Shown: positions 27,001 to 41,859 of the stretch, in pieces
Position numbering within the stretch: position 1 is the stretch's first letter
How the letters are laid out: every line of letters starts with the position of its first letter
Assembly: GCA_044892505.1 (NCBI GenBank)
Contig: CM097882.1
Coordinates: forward strand, 148,738,001-148,802,000
Direction: 5' to 3'
DNA: 64,000 nucleotides
DNA from: Schmidtea nova
Lineage: Eukaryota
Notes under the pieces: generated by a model
Seen by the model: the letters and a program-made list of their open reading frames with translations, nothing else
What the model was told of the DNA's origin: nothing
Databases searched by the model: none
Position numbers and translations under genes: made by a program

Positions 27001-30000
27001 TAATTAAATATATTTTAAGATTTAACCATACTTTATTTTCCAAGATCTCCACCAATCAATTGAAAATAAGTTATTTTGAAATCTCCGCCAAATTTTATTT
27101 AAACAAAATATTTAAAAATCACTTTGCTTAAACACACAAAATTTTCAAAGTGATTGAAAAAGATATTTATAAAAAAATATTTTACCAATATAAATAAATT
27201 TTTTTGTATTTATGAAATGTCATAAAAAAGATTATCAGACTATTTTCGGTAGTTAAATATAAATACGAAACAATAATAATATTAAAAATAATATATTTAA
27301 AAAATTACGTTTTACAACGATGGAATAAGAAGCAGATCCAATAACATTAACAGATTCGCACACTTGAACTTCATTAGTTGAATTATTAATCGGTTGTATG
27401 AGTCTCACTCCTCCTCTAAATAATAATAATATTAATAATCATAATAATAATAATAATTGAATCAAGCCAAGACAATTTTCAATGCATTTTTATTTTCATC
27501 ACTAAGCAATTCGTCTGTCAAAATGTCAAAGATTTCACTGTTTAACTCGAAATCATCAAAAGAAGCATTGGATTGTTGAAGTACGTCAGATCTTTGAATT
27601 CTCGGCTTTAATCACAATTAACTTTCTTAAATTGAAAAGAAGGATTGATATCTCTTGGGGATATAACATTATTTCCACAATCTATAGAAATACACTCTTT
27701 CGTTTCCAAAGCATCGTCTTCAGTTTGACTATCAACCATCGAATTAGAATCTTTTTGTATGAGAACGTTGCCGATATGATTAAAATGTGATGAAATCAAC
27801 TCTATAGTCACATGAAACGAATTCGAGTCAGTCATAACGAATACAAGAACAATTCCTTGAATCACAAAGAAAAATATCCCCTCAGACAGAATCACCAAAA
27901 CCCAATGTTGAAAATTTAAAAACCTTCCACTTAAAGCAAAATTTAAATCCAATTTTCCCAGAATTCTAAATCAAAAAGCTCAATAAAACAAATCTTCAAA
28001 AATACAATTAATAACCGAATTTTTATTCAACTCCTTCCAAACATCAAAAAGCCGTTGAACTAATCGCGCGCACAGACGCGAGGAAATCATAATGCGCACA
28101 CAGACGCGTATACAAACACCAAAACAAGCGTACACAGACACGTATATGCAGACCAAATATATAAAGGCGCATACAACAGCCGAAACAATAATAATAATAA
28201 TTATTATTAATAATAATAATAATTAATAATAATAGAAGAAAAATAAATAATCAGTAAAATGAATTCAATTAACATTAACAAGGAAGTTTTCACTCCTCGT
28301 TCAAACAAAAATTATGAAACATTTCTCTATCAAATTATTTTCATCAATTAGATCTACAGTACCAGTATACAAATAAATGAAATTATTTGAGTAACGTTAA
28401 TAAAACACTCGCAGAGTCAAAAAATACTTCAATTAAAAGTTACCTACTTGAATTGCAATGATGGTCGCCGCCATCATACTTGATATTATATATTAATAAC
28501 AAATCTATTTTAAGAAAACTTTTATTTATTAAAAACAGAAATAACGAAATGATCGACCTTCTATTATTGCAAAATATTTATTTTTAAGTCGTTATATAAT
28601 AAATATTGAATTAAATTAATTTAATTTTATATTCTAATTTTTTCATTTCTTATAACTTTCGAGTGTATATGTTGAGACCAAAGCTTCATTATATATGAAC
28701 AATGACATAAAAATTTTATTACTTTTATTCTGTCAATAAAATTGTTTCTTTTAACCAATGACCTACTGTCAATTATTTTTATTTTCAAATCATTTTTAAA
28801 TTGTTGATGAATATTTTGGAGTATTTTTAAATTTAATTCGTATTTGATTTTTGATTTATTCCACATTTTCTATATTAACCCTTTCAATGCTTAAGTCATA
28901 TGTACTCGTGAAATAATAGTGTGGCTCATTTTAAATTGTTTTTAAATTGTTCCCCAAGAAACGCGACTATTTACACTGTGTACTCAAACAAGTCATGTAT
29001 CTACTAGCACGATAGATGCCAAGGGACAATATAGCGCTTTTTGTATAGGGAAATCGGTGACGACCAACCACTACACGAATAAACTTTCACCGAAACATGT
29101 GCGCAGAGCGAGCACAAAATCTCAAATCGTATTGCGCAGTGGAAGGGTTAATATAAATCATATATTCATGTTTACTAAACTTATCTGATTAGCTATCTTC
29201 ATTAAATTTCATCCATCCCTCAAAATAAGTAACACTAAAGTTCCTTGGGTAAAATTAGACCAATATATGGATTTATATTAAAAACAATATTTTTTATTTT
29301 TTTGTTAATTTATTGTGAATGAATTCAAATAGAAGAGAACAAAATATTCCATATAAATTCAATAAGAAAAATTTTAACTTTATCGAAATAGATCTCAGGG
29401 ATGAATTGAGATTTAAATAGATCGGTTTTTCTCTTAATAAACGAAAGTATTTTAAACTATTGTTTGAATAGTAAAATGAAAACCAATAAAATTTTAAAAA
29501 AATCAAAGGTAAAGTAAATAAAAATAAAAATATTATATTTCTAAACAAGTTATAAAAAGGAACAAAATATTTAAATAATACAATTATTTGTAGTGCTATA
29601 ATTCTCAGGCTTTTGAAAATTTTATAACTTTCATTTCATTAGTTTTTACAACATAAAATTTTCACATATAATAAATACTGTAACGTGTTATCGTGTACCT
29701 AACAACCAAAAACAATTTTGATCTATAGTCATACAATTATTAATATGATAATTATTGATTTTAAAAAATAGGTCAAAGGTGAAACCAAAAAATAATTATG
29801 ATAATTTCCAACTTGACTTATAAACATCACGACAAAATAAATATCTATTAAATGTGCTGGGGTTGTTAAAATAAAAAGAGAATAAATTTAAAATGCACAA
29901 ATCTATGCGCAAATCAAAAAAAATACGAAAATTTGAAAAATAATAATTAAAGTGCAAACATTAATTAAAATTTATAAAATTCAAAAATAAAGATTTAGAG

Positions 30001-33000
30001 GCGAAAACTGGTATGGAAAGATGCCAAATGATGAGACAAATTCAGATATGGGTATATAAAATTAAAAATGGGCGCCCAGAAAGAAATATTAAGAAAATAC
30101 AAATTAATTAAAATAATTAATTACCTAATGGGAAACCCGAGCGACGTGGGAAACCCGGGCGTCAACAAATATATTAATTAAAAACTAAATTTACTAACTG
30201 AAGGGTGCCCCGGGGAAAGAAGCCACAAACTCACTTAGCGGCAACTCCCAATCTAATTAAGCAGTTGACAGTTTATTTAAGGCGTGACAGGACCAATCGA
30301 CAAGGCACTTAATAAACGGAGAGCAATTTGTCGATATTGTCAGTTGGTCGAAGCGAAACTTAAAATTTGAGTGAGAATCGTAAAGGACGAAAAGGAAGCT
30401 TGAACGGTAATTGCAAGTTAGAGTGTCGATTTACTAATTTCTCCTGGGATCCAGAAAGGGAGATCTTCCATTGGGTCTTCTACCCTAACGTAAGGAGAGT
30501 GCAGAAGATATTATATTGTGTAACTGTGTTTAATCAAGTGTGGTAAACTAATTTGAAAATAAAGATTATTGTGTTGGGTTGATTTCTTATTTTTAACCCT
30601 TTCTAAGGCAAAGGAAACTAAAAGTGATGTAAAACTCAAAGTTTATTAATAATAAATATAGCGGGAAAACACATCTATGGTTTCAAATACTATAAATTTG
30701 TTCTCTTGTGGCTCAATTTATGTCAGTAGTTGTACCAAAAGTAAAAACGATTACCGACAGCGTTACACTTAGATATTTTTATTAGTTTAAAATGGTGTAC
30801 AGTATATTGCCACCACCTTAGAAAGGGTTAAAGGAAAAACCGTAGTCAGATACCACCAGACTGTTCATTATTAACCCAACAAATGCATAATCATTATTAT
30901 AACAATGAAAATAATAATTTATAAAATTCATAAAAATTTTATAAAAGCCAATGTAATTTTAAAACAAACTAATTACTTAATAGGTTCAATAATTGTAGTT
31001 GGATAATGTTTTTGCACTTTCCATTTAGTTACCGGAACCGGATGTCCATTGCTTATACATTCTGCCACGAGAAAATCAAGTGACTTAGTCATATCTTTTA
31101 CAGTGACAGACGGTTTCTTTCCTGAAAATAAAATTTTAAAAATATTCGTTGATATCAAGTGAATAAATTTTTATAGACTTTATTTATAGAAAACATTGTT
31201 AGTTTAATTTATTATTAAAATTGCCTTCAATCAGTTTGAGGTGATGCAACTTTAAAAAAAATAATAAAATAATTAAGTCATTCTACCTTTACATGAATGC
31301 TTGCAATGCAATTAGTCTTTAAAGAGTGAGCGATTTAATGAAATATTCTAACACAAAATTACAAAAAGTGAGCGTAGTTTCATGAGAAAAGTTTTAAACA
31401 AAATTAATAAGTTATTATAAAAATCAATTGCGTTTTAACAATTTTGATTTTTTAATATTCATTCGAATATTTAATTTGAAAATTTGATCAATTTATGCTA
31501 CATGACTTCATGTGATTTAATAACTCAGAAAATGACTTAGATTTTTGATTTAAATCAATAATTTTTATATTAATAATTGTATGACTATAGATAAAAATTT
31601 TTCTTTGATTGTTTAGGTACACAATATTTCGACAAAGCATTTATTAAGTGCGTACGGATTTTTAAATAAATTTCACAAGAGACAATATTAATAAATATAA
31701 TAAAAAGAAAAAATAGAGATTGATATGTAAATATAGCTTTTATAAACAACACCTTTCAAACTTAATAACAATATTAGGAAAATCTGTTGAGATATATGAA
31801 AACTTAAATTTTTTATTTTGGAGGGAATAAGTCATTAATATTACTTCAACAATATTGTAATAAAATCATAACATATTATTTATAGTTACAAAAATATAGT
31901 TTGTTTTAATATGCACGTGCATATAAGCATGGGAGAGCATATTTTCAATTGCTTTATCAAATCATGCTACTACCTGTCGAGTATTGAAATGGGATTAAAT
32001 GCTTTATTTTGCGTGGTGATAACAGTCAACAAATATTGAATCAGTTGCAGGCAACTTAGACAGCATAAACCCCTCTCGTGCAACAATATATCATTGGATT
32101 AGTCAGTTCAAACATGTTTGTCAGTAAATGTTTTATTTTGAGAAGTTCGTGGTCCTGTGAAATTTCTGACCCAAAAAGAGAAAATTGCTTGCAATTCATG
32201 AAAGAAGAACGCCTAGTCAATATCAAGGATATCTCACAGCGGCTTTGCATAGGAGTTTGCATACCAACCAGAATGAATCTAGCGTAAAAAATTGGCCTCC
32301 AGATTTGTCCTATTTTTTCTTTCCTCTGAAATCTTTAAAGACCGATGGGAAACTGTCAGGCAAACCTTCTCATTTTCAATGAACATGGAGACCAATTGAT
32401 CAGAAATATCATTTCTGTGGATGAAACCTCTTTATCCCTGTATATTTCTAAGACAAAAAAGTGGAAGACAAAAAAGAAATGAGTTCAGGAAAATGAAATT
32501 TGGAACAGATCATCGGAAACCATTGATGTTAACAATTATTTGGGATCAGAGTGGCATTATTAATTCGGGTGCCAGTACCTGTATCGTAAAAATACTTATC
32601 GTAATATTGGAACTATATCGTAAAAATACTTTATCGTAAAAGTCAATATTAATTAATATCGTAATTCAAGTTATTCTTTTATATCGTAACAAGAATATCA
32701 TACAAAATATAATTACATATATCATCGTACTATAATTTAACAGTAATAAATCTTTAACTAATGAGCTTTTGCACATAAAAACCATCACAGAATAGGTTCT
32801 GCTACTAGGGTTCTGTTCGCAATGTGCTGCAAGCACTGTTCTGCTACTGAATTAATTTGATGAAAATAAAAACCATTTGTATCTCATGTGTCTCCAAAGT
32901 ACAAAATTCGGATAACCCAGTATGTCCATCTTGTGGCGAAAAAATTGAGCTTGTTATTAAACCTGTCATTTAATTTGATTTATTTATAAATACATTTTTA

Positions 33001-36000
33001 GTTTTATTTTTTATATTTAAATATAATTTAAGATGTAGACCATGTCATTAAATATTTTATTTTGTCTGATTATATAATGTTTATATAATAATATTTACGA
33101 TTTAGGTCCATTTTTTAATATTACGATATTGCTTACTTTTTAATCTTTACGATATTAATCTTAAGTGATATTACGATAAAGGTATGGCCTCTTATTAATT
33201 CCACCTACTACAGCAACTTTGTAGACAGAATTAAATGTTGGTGAGTTGTTTACTGTAAAAATTCCAAAATATTTTACTTGTTAATAATGAGAGAATATTT
33301 GATGACGGAAATGTTAAAAATCATCTTTATACTCCAAAATTTTCTCGCAACCGATTTTATTTCTCATCCTTGTTTTAATATTAGTTTTTAAAAGACATTG
33401 GAGACATAAAATTTATTATATCAACAATAGAGACTTATTTCAGGAGGAAATAAATATATAGTAAATACCTCCAGCAATATCAAAACATGCATGCATTATA
33501 CAATATTACACCTTTGACATTTAGACATACATTACATCATATTCAGTCATTACTACTTATTATAAAATTATAAATGGACCTTATTCTATAATCATCCTAT
33601 ATTAACGATACCAGAAACCCCAAACCGATTTAGATAGGACGTAAAAATATTTTCTCATTCGCTTCTATTTGAATATGAAAAAAAAGATCGTGAGGAATTT
33701 TTGAAAGTCTTAATCTTGCTGAACGATCATTATATATACATGTGTGTGTGCGGTCTATTGCCTTTCAGTTCATTGCCACCCATATTTTATTTATATTTAA
33801 TTAAATTTACCGTTAATTGACTAGAATTAAATTCAGCTTTGATCCTACGTAAGAGATGTAAAGATTTAGTTTGACAGATACCCAATTTATCTTTCTATAT
33901 CCAGTTAAGGCAGTTGTTCTCAAACTTTTTGAAGTCGGGGAACACTAAACTCTGATACATTTTTAGGCGGAACATCTACAATACAACATAAACTTTAAAA
34001 CAGGGGGTGCGGGTAGTTAACCTTTTTAAAATCAAAAGAGCAATAAAAAATAGAATAATGTTCGCAAAAACACTTCATTATTATAGAACAAAAAAGGGAA
34101 ACGGAATCGTGTTGCAGCGTGTAATTGGCAACCCCCTGTTTCAAAGTGCTACTTTTAGAAAAAATATGTATATAAATAAAATATGTACTAATATTGATTG
34201 ATGCAAATATATTTATTGAAAACACAATTAAAATTACAATACTTTGAAAAAATATCAAACTTAATGCGATACATGAGCTTGACGATCTTTACAGATCTCA
34301 GCGATATTGGGACGAATAAATGATAAAGCTACTCGCATTTCTTCTTCTAAATTGAGAAAATTAAAATTTGAACTGCATATGAATCACATTAACACGCGAA
34401 TATATTGTAAGAGATTTATTTAAATTATATGTATAGAGATCTTCGTATAAAGCAGATTCTACTATGACTGTCTTACAATTCGCAGCCGGGCAGATGTCGG
34501 GTGCTTGCGAGAAATGACATTAAATTTTAATTGTAGAATCTAATAAGTTGAATTTTGATAACTGCAATAATATTTTATGTTTCCAAGAAATAATTTTAAC
34601 CCGATTTGTATTTATACGAAGCCGAATGGTATGTATAAATTTTATATTGAATTGATTTTTATTTGCGAACAATTTTTATTTGAATTGTATATTTGATTTT
34701 TTCGCGGAACACTTGAAAGTGATCGCCTAAACACCAGTGTTCCGCGGAACACGCTTTGAGAACCACTGAGTTAAGGTAATAAAATACTAGACTTGCTGTA
34801 ACATAATTTGTATCATATATATACGTATTTTCGCATCATAGTTTATTTTACAAGTGTATATGCAAATATTAGATTGATCTACTAATTGTTCTTGATCTAT
34901 ATCAAAGCATGTAACAATTTATCTAAAGAATATCAAATAGTCTATATTAACAAGCAAAAATAAGACATAAATTGTAACGAAAAGTATTATGCAACAAAAT
35001 TTCTGAGAATTATATTAATAAAAATTTACAATTTGTAGAATAGAATCTAATTTTGTAAACATTAACAGTGAAAAAATTGAGAAAAAACAAATTTTGTCAA
35101 AAATTGCTAACATTTCAATATAAATTCTCAAAAGTAATGACTTGGATTTATTACAGATTTTTAAAATAATATCTTTAAATTATGCCAACACAGGGCTGGT
35201 GCAAGGGTACCTGGCGTCCCTAACCAAAGAAAAATTAATGCGTCCCTTATCAATACGTATACTTACATACTGAGTTAAAAAATTGAGTTAACAAAAAAGC
35301 TATTTAAAATGCACGATAAACGAAAGTTTTAACAATAATTTTCATTAACTTTTTTTAGAATCAATAATTCATTAGCAGACTTAATTGCAGCGGGCGACAT
35401 GCACATTTAGTGCAGTCCTTTTCGAAAGTAAAGAAAACGTGAAATTCGACCGGTAAATAAGCAAATTATGAGTTTTTTGTTTCTTTAACTCCTGAACGGC
35501 TCAAGGGCAGAAGTCCGATGAGCGAATGGCATTAATTGTCAAGCGCCCCATTGTTCTGGTGCCCCTATGCAGTCATCTAGGTACGCCAATTAGTAAAACG
35601 GCCCTGTGTTAACATAATAAAATATGACGGTCCACTGAGATATTTTCATTCAACTTTCAACATAAGCTAGAACAAAAATAACGCCAAAAGTTATATTTAT
35701 AAAAGTGTGGTAAATAAACGACTGTATTAGTTAAGAGATACGTGTTTTCGATTTGGTAGGAAGTGAGCCTTGTATATAAAATTAAGTATAAAGAAAAAGT
35801 TTGAATCTATCCCGAACGAAGCCCAGTAATGAAGCTAGTATCGACCACTTAGATTTCTAAAATTATTTTTGAAGTAATGCTATTTGTTGAGGATAACTAA
35901 ATAATAAATAATTTTATAAATAAATGGAATAATTTTGGGGGGAAATCGATAGGTTGATTGAGATGGCATTCTGGAACTTGGAGAAATAAACGGAAAAGCA

Positions 36001-38936
36001 AAAGATTGAGAAATGCAAAAGTAATTACAAAACAAATGTAATTCAACAATAAAGCGGAGAAAGGTCACTTATAATTAACAAGTGCAAGAAAACGAAAAGT
36101 AATTCGAAAATTGGAAAACAAAAAATGAAAACAAAATCGGCATCTCGACAACGGAAAAAACAAATTATCCCGAGCGGCAAAATAAAACGGGAAATGCCAG
36201 CGCACGAATGGGAATAAACGATTTATCATGAGTTCCGGAGAATGGCGAACTATAAAATTGAAAGACATCAGTTTTATGACAGAAGTTTTGTGGCAAGAAT
36301 TTGTGAGAGAAACTTATTGAAATATTTATTGAGAAATTGATTATTGAGAAAAGATTGTTGAGTTGAAGTTCAAATCAAAGCAAAGAAAGCAATAAGTTGA
36401 TTACCAATTGATGAATCGAAATCAGTAGCTAGTGGTTGTTAGACAAATACTATACACGAGTGCTATTCTTCACATAAGTGTCGAAATAAGCATTGTATAA
36501 TGGTCTCATATTGTTGATTGATTGTACCAGTTTAATAGTGAAACCAGTTGTGATATCAATAAAGATTCCTGTTGTAATTGTTATTCTATTAATTAATAAA
36601 GCACGCATTTGAAGTCAGAAATTTGATTGGTAACTTTTAAATTTCACCAACAACCCGATAATCCAACATGTTTAATTATTTCAATTATCATATATTTATT
36701 AAACACAAAATGTTTTTGTCATAAAAAATATAAATTAATATTTTGGCATGTGATAACTGTATTACCAAAATTATAATTTTTAGCAAGAAATAAGTATTCA
36801 GTCACTTATTATGAAATATTAATTTATCTTTACTTTTTACAATAAAAAATAAAATAATTCAATTCTTTTTTACTTTGATTCAACTAGTTTATTACAATAA
36901 TCAAAAGTAATAGAATTCCACCATTTTCCTTAATGTGCGGTAAAATTTTAATATTTTAAATATATTTCATATACATTTCTTTTTTAAATTGATACGTTAA
37001 ATTTTCAATTGGATTCAGATCTGGAATTTGAAGTTGGCCATGTAAGCACTTTTATTTTTTACTTTTGAACCATTTTTTCGTATTTTTTGGAATATTATTT
37101 GAGTCATTATCTTGTTGAAAATATGATGTTCTTAGAACATGTAAGAAAATCTTTAATAATATGAAAATCACCAATTCCATTACTATTGAATCTGCCCAGG
37201 ACATAACGGATTTATCATATTCAAAAGCCTGTTTTTTATTTTTTTATTTGTTGTTCTCTAGGCATCTTCCAAGTCCATCGCCTTCCATCACTGTAATGCA
37301 AGCATATATTTTATCTGGCCACATTATATATTTTTCATATTTACCGTTCAATTTTGATATGTTTGGGTAGAATTTAATCTTGCTTTAATAAGTATTTTTT
37401 AAATAAGTGGTCATTTAGTTTATTTTGAACTTTTTTTATTAAAATATCTGATAAATTCATCTTTGCTAACTGTTTATATATATTCGGGGTTCTTAGAGTT
37501 TAAGAATTTTTACATAAATGAAATATTTTGTTGTCAATTAGCTTAGTTTTCTAGGTAATTTGTGGTAAACTTTCAAGTGTTATATGAAATTTTAATTTTA
37601 ATAATGCATCATGCAGTGTTCTTTTTGGCATTTGAAGTTTATTAGAGATATATCTTTCAGGTTTTCCTACATTTGAAAGAATTTCAACTACTTTTCAAAT
37701 TGGTTTATTGAATTCTTCTATTTTAACCATACTCTAAATTAAAAAAAATAATTTATGGTGGAAATTCTATTTTTCAAAAAGAATATTAATGTTTACTTAA
37801 ATATTTTAATTTCTTGATTATATTTTTTAACTGAATATAAAAAACAATGAATAAAATATCATTATTAAAATCTAAAATTTCATAAAGTATTAGGATACTT
37901 TTTTCTTGATAAAAATTGTAATTTCCTTTATAAAGTTATCACATGCCGAAGTATTATTTAAGTAATATTGTATATGTTACGGTTATAGTACAAAATGTCA
38001 AAATGTACACATTCGCCGGTAAATGTACACAGACCACACCAATGGGTAAATGTAAGTTTACTATTTCGAAAAAGTTTGTTATACATACATTTACGGGTAA
38101 ATGTATACATTATATCAAGGTCTTGTAAAATGTAGAAATAATGTCAAAATGTACACATTCGCCGGTAAATGTTGTAACAAAATATTTGACGCTTGTGTCT
38201 CCATTGCTGTTACCAACTGGGAAAATTAAACGTTTTTCTTTGCCCATATTTAAAATATCATAGCGTTGTAGACGCCGATAGTCGAGTGGTGTTTTGAAAT
38301 GTTCTTTTTGTTTAGCATTTACCACTTCCTTTAAGATTTGTTCATATATTTTCTTACTCATATAAACATTATTTTTATTTTTACTCGCGATTATCTCATT
38401 TAACTGTTTGTTAAATTCTTCTCGTTGATTCATTTCTGCAATATTTAGTATTGAGGTTTATAAAATTATTACGTAAATCATGAACTATAATAAAACTTAC
38501 TTAAAATTGTAATATTTACAATAATTGCTGTTTAATAATGCACCTAGAAAATTTGTTGAGTTTTAATTTACGCTTAAAAACATAAACATAAAATAATAAA
38601 CATAACCTTAAAACAATTATTAAGAAATTTTGGTTTTGGTATAATAAACATTATTATCAATTATATTATACTCGAATAATTAACTTTATTCCTTTACACT
38701 TTTACCATTACCTCTAGGTAAAAGTATATATGATTACTAAATAATCGGTAAATGTATGTTATATGTACATTTGCCAAATCTTGCAGTTAATGTATACATT
38801 TACTGGTAAATATATACATTTACCTGGTAATGTACATTTACCGTAACATATATAACAATAACATTTTGTACTATTTATAAATTTATGATAATTTAAAACA
38901 GCATTACTTCAAAGTAATTGTAAAAAAATTAAGTTT

Positions 38937-38996
<60 letters not shown>

Positions 38997-41791
38997 TTGA
39001 TAAAGACTGCCGAAATATTGTGTACTTAACAACCAAAAACTCCCAAAAAATCTAAATTTATTGTCATGCAATTATGAAAATTATTGATAATTCTAAAAAT
39101 ATATATATTTTCAAAATATTAAAGCCAATGACATATTTAACATAATTTATTAATAATTAATATGTGTTATAAACAAAGTTCTTTTACCAAATTGATTATC
39201 AAATGTAGAAAACCCGAGTTTACCTGTTTTCAGAGAAATTCTAAACAGAAATAAATGATTTCTTATGGAAATTTAAAAATATATTTGTATTTGAATTACA
39301 AATCTAGTCAGCAGCCTTTGGCACTATTCAAAATGTTTTCATAATTCTAAATAACAACCTTTTGATGATTTTGAGCAGCTTTTGGTAAGTATTAGTCAAC
39401 AAATCTTAATTTATTTAATACAAATAAGTATAAGAAATATTTAGATTATATTTTAGAGTAATATGGAGTGTTTTTTGGGATAGGAGGTTAAACTTTAAAA
39501 ATAAGTTAAAAATTTTTTAGAATTAATATGATCTGTTATTAATTAATATTTTCTTCAAATTTTAGTTTGGAAATTTATTAAATAAATACATTTTTTATTG
39601 TTATATATATTTTTTAGTTATTTTATTTTATAATCTTTAAATGTTGCCTCCCCCGAAATTAAGACCTACATGTTATCTATTTTAGATTAATATTATTGGT
39701 TTTTGCAAGAAATACAGTGAATTATATTATTTGTTTATATTTTACGATACTCGGAGAAAATATTGAAATGTATTTATTAAATAATTTATTATTCAACAAA
39801 TTACTGTTTTGATATTTTTTATTACTTTACAAATTTTCAAAGAATTAATTGTTTAAGGTTTTATATTTCCTTATAATTTTAATATCATATTTACATGATA
39901 CTTAAAGTTTATAGAACATAAAAATTTGTATTTCAAAGTTTATATTTTTTTAATGAAATTTTATTTTGATTTTCAAATAGAAATATTAAAGCCAATAATA
40001 ATGAATTATTACTATTAGTCATTGGACAAACCATACTGGATCTATATAAACTTAGAATGTATCAGCTCCAGTATGAAGAGTTACAAAAATACCATAATGA
40101 CTTCAATTATGAGATAAACATAGTATCTGGTGATCCAGACTCTTTTCTTGGTTAAGAATTTTAAATTAGATGATTTTTTGGCGTCCATAGTTAATGATAG
40201 TCTTTTAGATACCTCGAATTATGACCTAAGTCATCAAATTTATTCTAGAAACCTAGATTCCGTCATTGATAAATTCAAAGACTCGAAAAAAGGACTTAAA
40301 TAAAAGGGTTTTGTGTTTCTTAGACGTAAGCATTATAGTCTTTTAGGCAAAAAACAAAGTATTACAGTTAACAGGATAACAGTGAAATGTACTGACCTTA
40401 AGCCTCAGTCGTACTTGGGTTGTTATCGTAATTATTTCAGTAGAAGAATCCAGAATAATCAGTAAGAACCACCAACATTTTGAGCACAAAAATTCTAAAA
40501 TAGGCTTGACAAACTTGGACGGTAAAAGATTATAGGTGTGTAAAAATGAGAGACTGGTTTATGGGCATTATAGGGATTATGGTGGTGCGTGATTCTTATG
40601 ATGAATCCGAATAAAATTTTATTTTAAAAAAATTGTAATTTTGTGTTTTTTTATTGATGTTTCTTTTTGTAAACAATTTTGTGAGTTTTTATTTTTAGTT
40701 GACGCTTGGCAATTTGTTTGTCAATCGTTTTTATGAATTTTAATGTTTATTGAAAACACGTGGGAGTTTTTATAGATGGAAAATTGTCAACAGGGAGAAA
40801 ATTTTTATGTGACTTGTAAAATGTACATGTTTTGTTAAAATTGTTGAAAAAATTATACACTTGAAAATTCATAAAAACAACTGACAAACATATTACCAAC
40901 TGACAATAAAAATCCATAAAAACTGATGACTCTCGGAAATGCAAAGCATCCGTAAAAATTCACAAAAATATTAACAAAAAGAAACATCAAAAAAACAAAA
41001 AATTTTAAAATAAACTTTTATTTAAGTAAAATCTTCTTCGACATCATCTTGATATTCTTCCGCAACTGAGTTCATTTTGTATTGGAAATATCAGAATATT
41101 ACTCATTTATCATTTCGGCTACTAAAATATGATCCGATCGTTGTCTTTTAAAATCATGACAGCAAGCGTTAGAATTGTCAATTTATAGGCTTTTCAAATA
41201 TTATTATTGGATAATTATGAATAAAGGATAATTCTTCCTTTTCTTAATGTTTAATTATTGTTTTAATCTCATTGGTTTTGGTTGATATTAAAGAGAAAAT
41301 TTTGAATTTATTGTTGAATTTTAAAACAAATGGTATAGCGCACATCATGATTGAAATGATGAAATAATTGCTACTTCGAATAAAAATGCTATGAACGGTA
41401 ATAATATACACAAATACCTTGTTATACAGCCTAGGTAAGTTCTTAGAAAATTTGACGTAAAGCGAAATACGGAATAACTAAGCAATCCAAAAAAAATAGA
41501 TTTTTTTCTAACAAAAGAATTGCTGAAATTTTGTTAGGATTGATTAGTTACACGGCTTTTCGATATAACACCAGTTTTATAAGAACGTACATAAGCCGTA
41601 TAACGAGGTACAGGAGTAGACAATAATATTGCTGATGAAATAGTTGAACTGTCCAAATTCGTAGTTATTTTCGTTGATGATAAAATAAATGATTTATGGA
41701 ATATGATTATTTTATATTATTTTTAGAAAAAGAATATTTTAAAAATATTAGATGATTTTAATTGATTTATAAATCACTATCAATATATTCA

Positions 41792-41859
<68 letters not shown>

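Noticed and set aside
27608-27952. 114-aa minus-strand ORF near nrg exon 3
   Set aside because: No motif recognised and it is not needed for the gene model; probably TE debris
40922-40950. CTGATGA-CTCTCG-GAAA-TGCAAAGCATC hammerhead-like string
   Set aside because: Helix II has 1 bp, helix I cannot pair, and it is absent from the mirrored arm
41630-41665. CTGATGA-AATAGTTGAACTGTC-CAAA
   Set aside because: GAAA is broken and there is no helix I; too decayed to support
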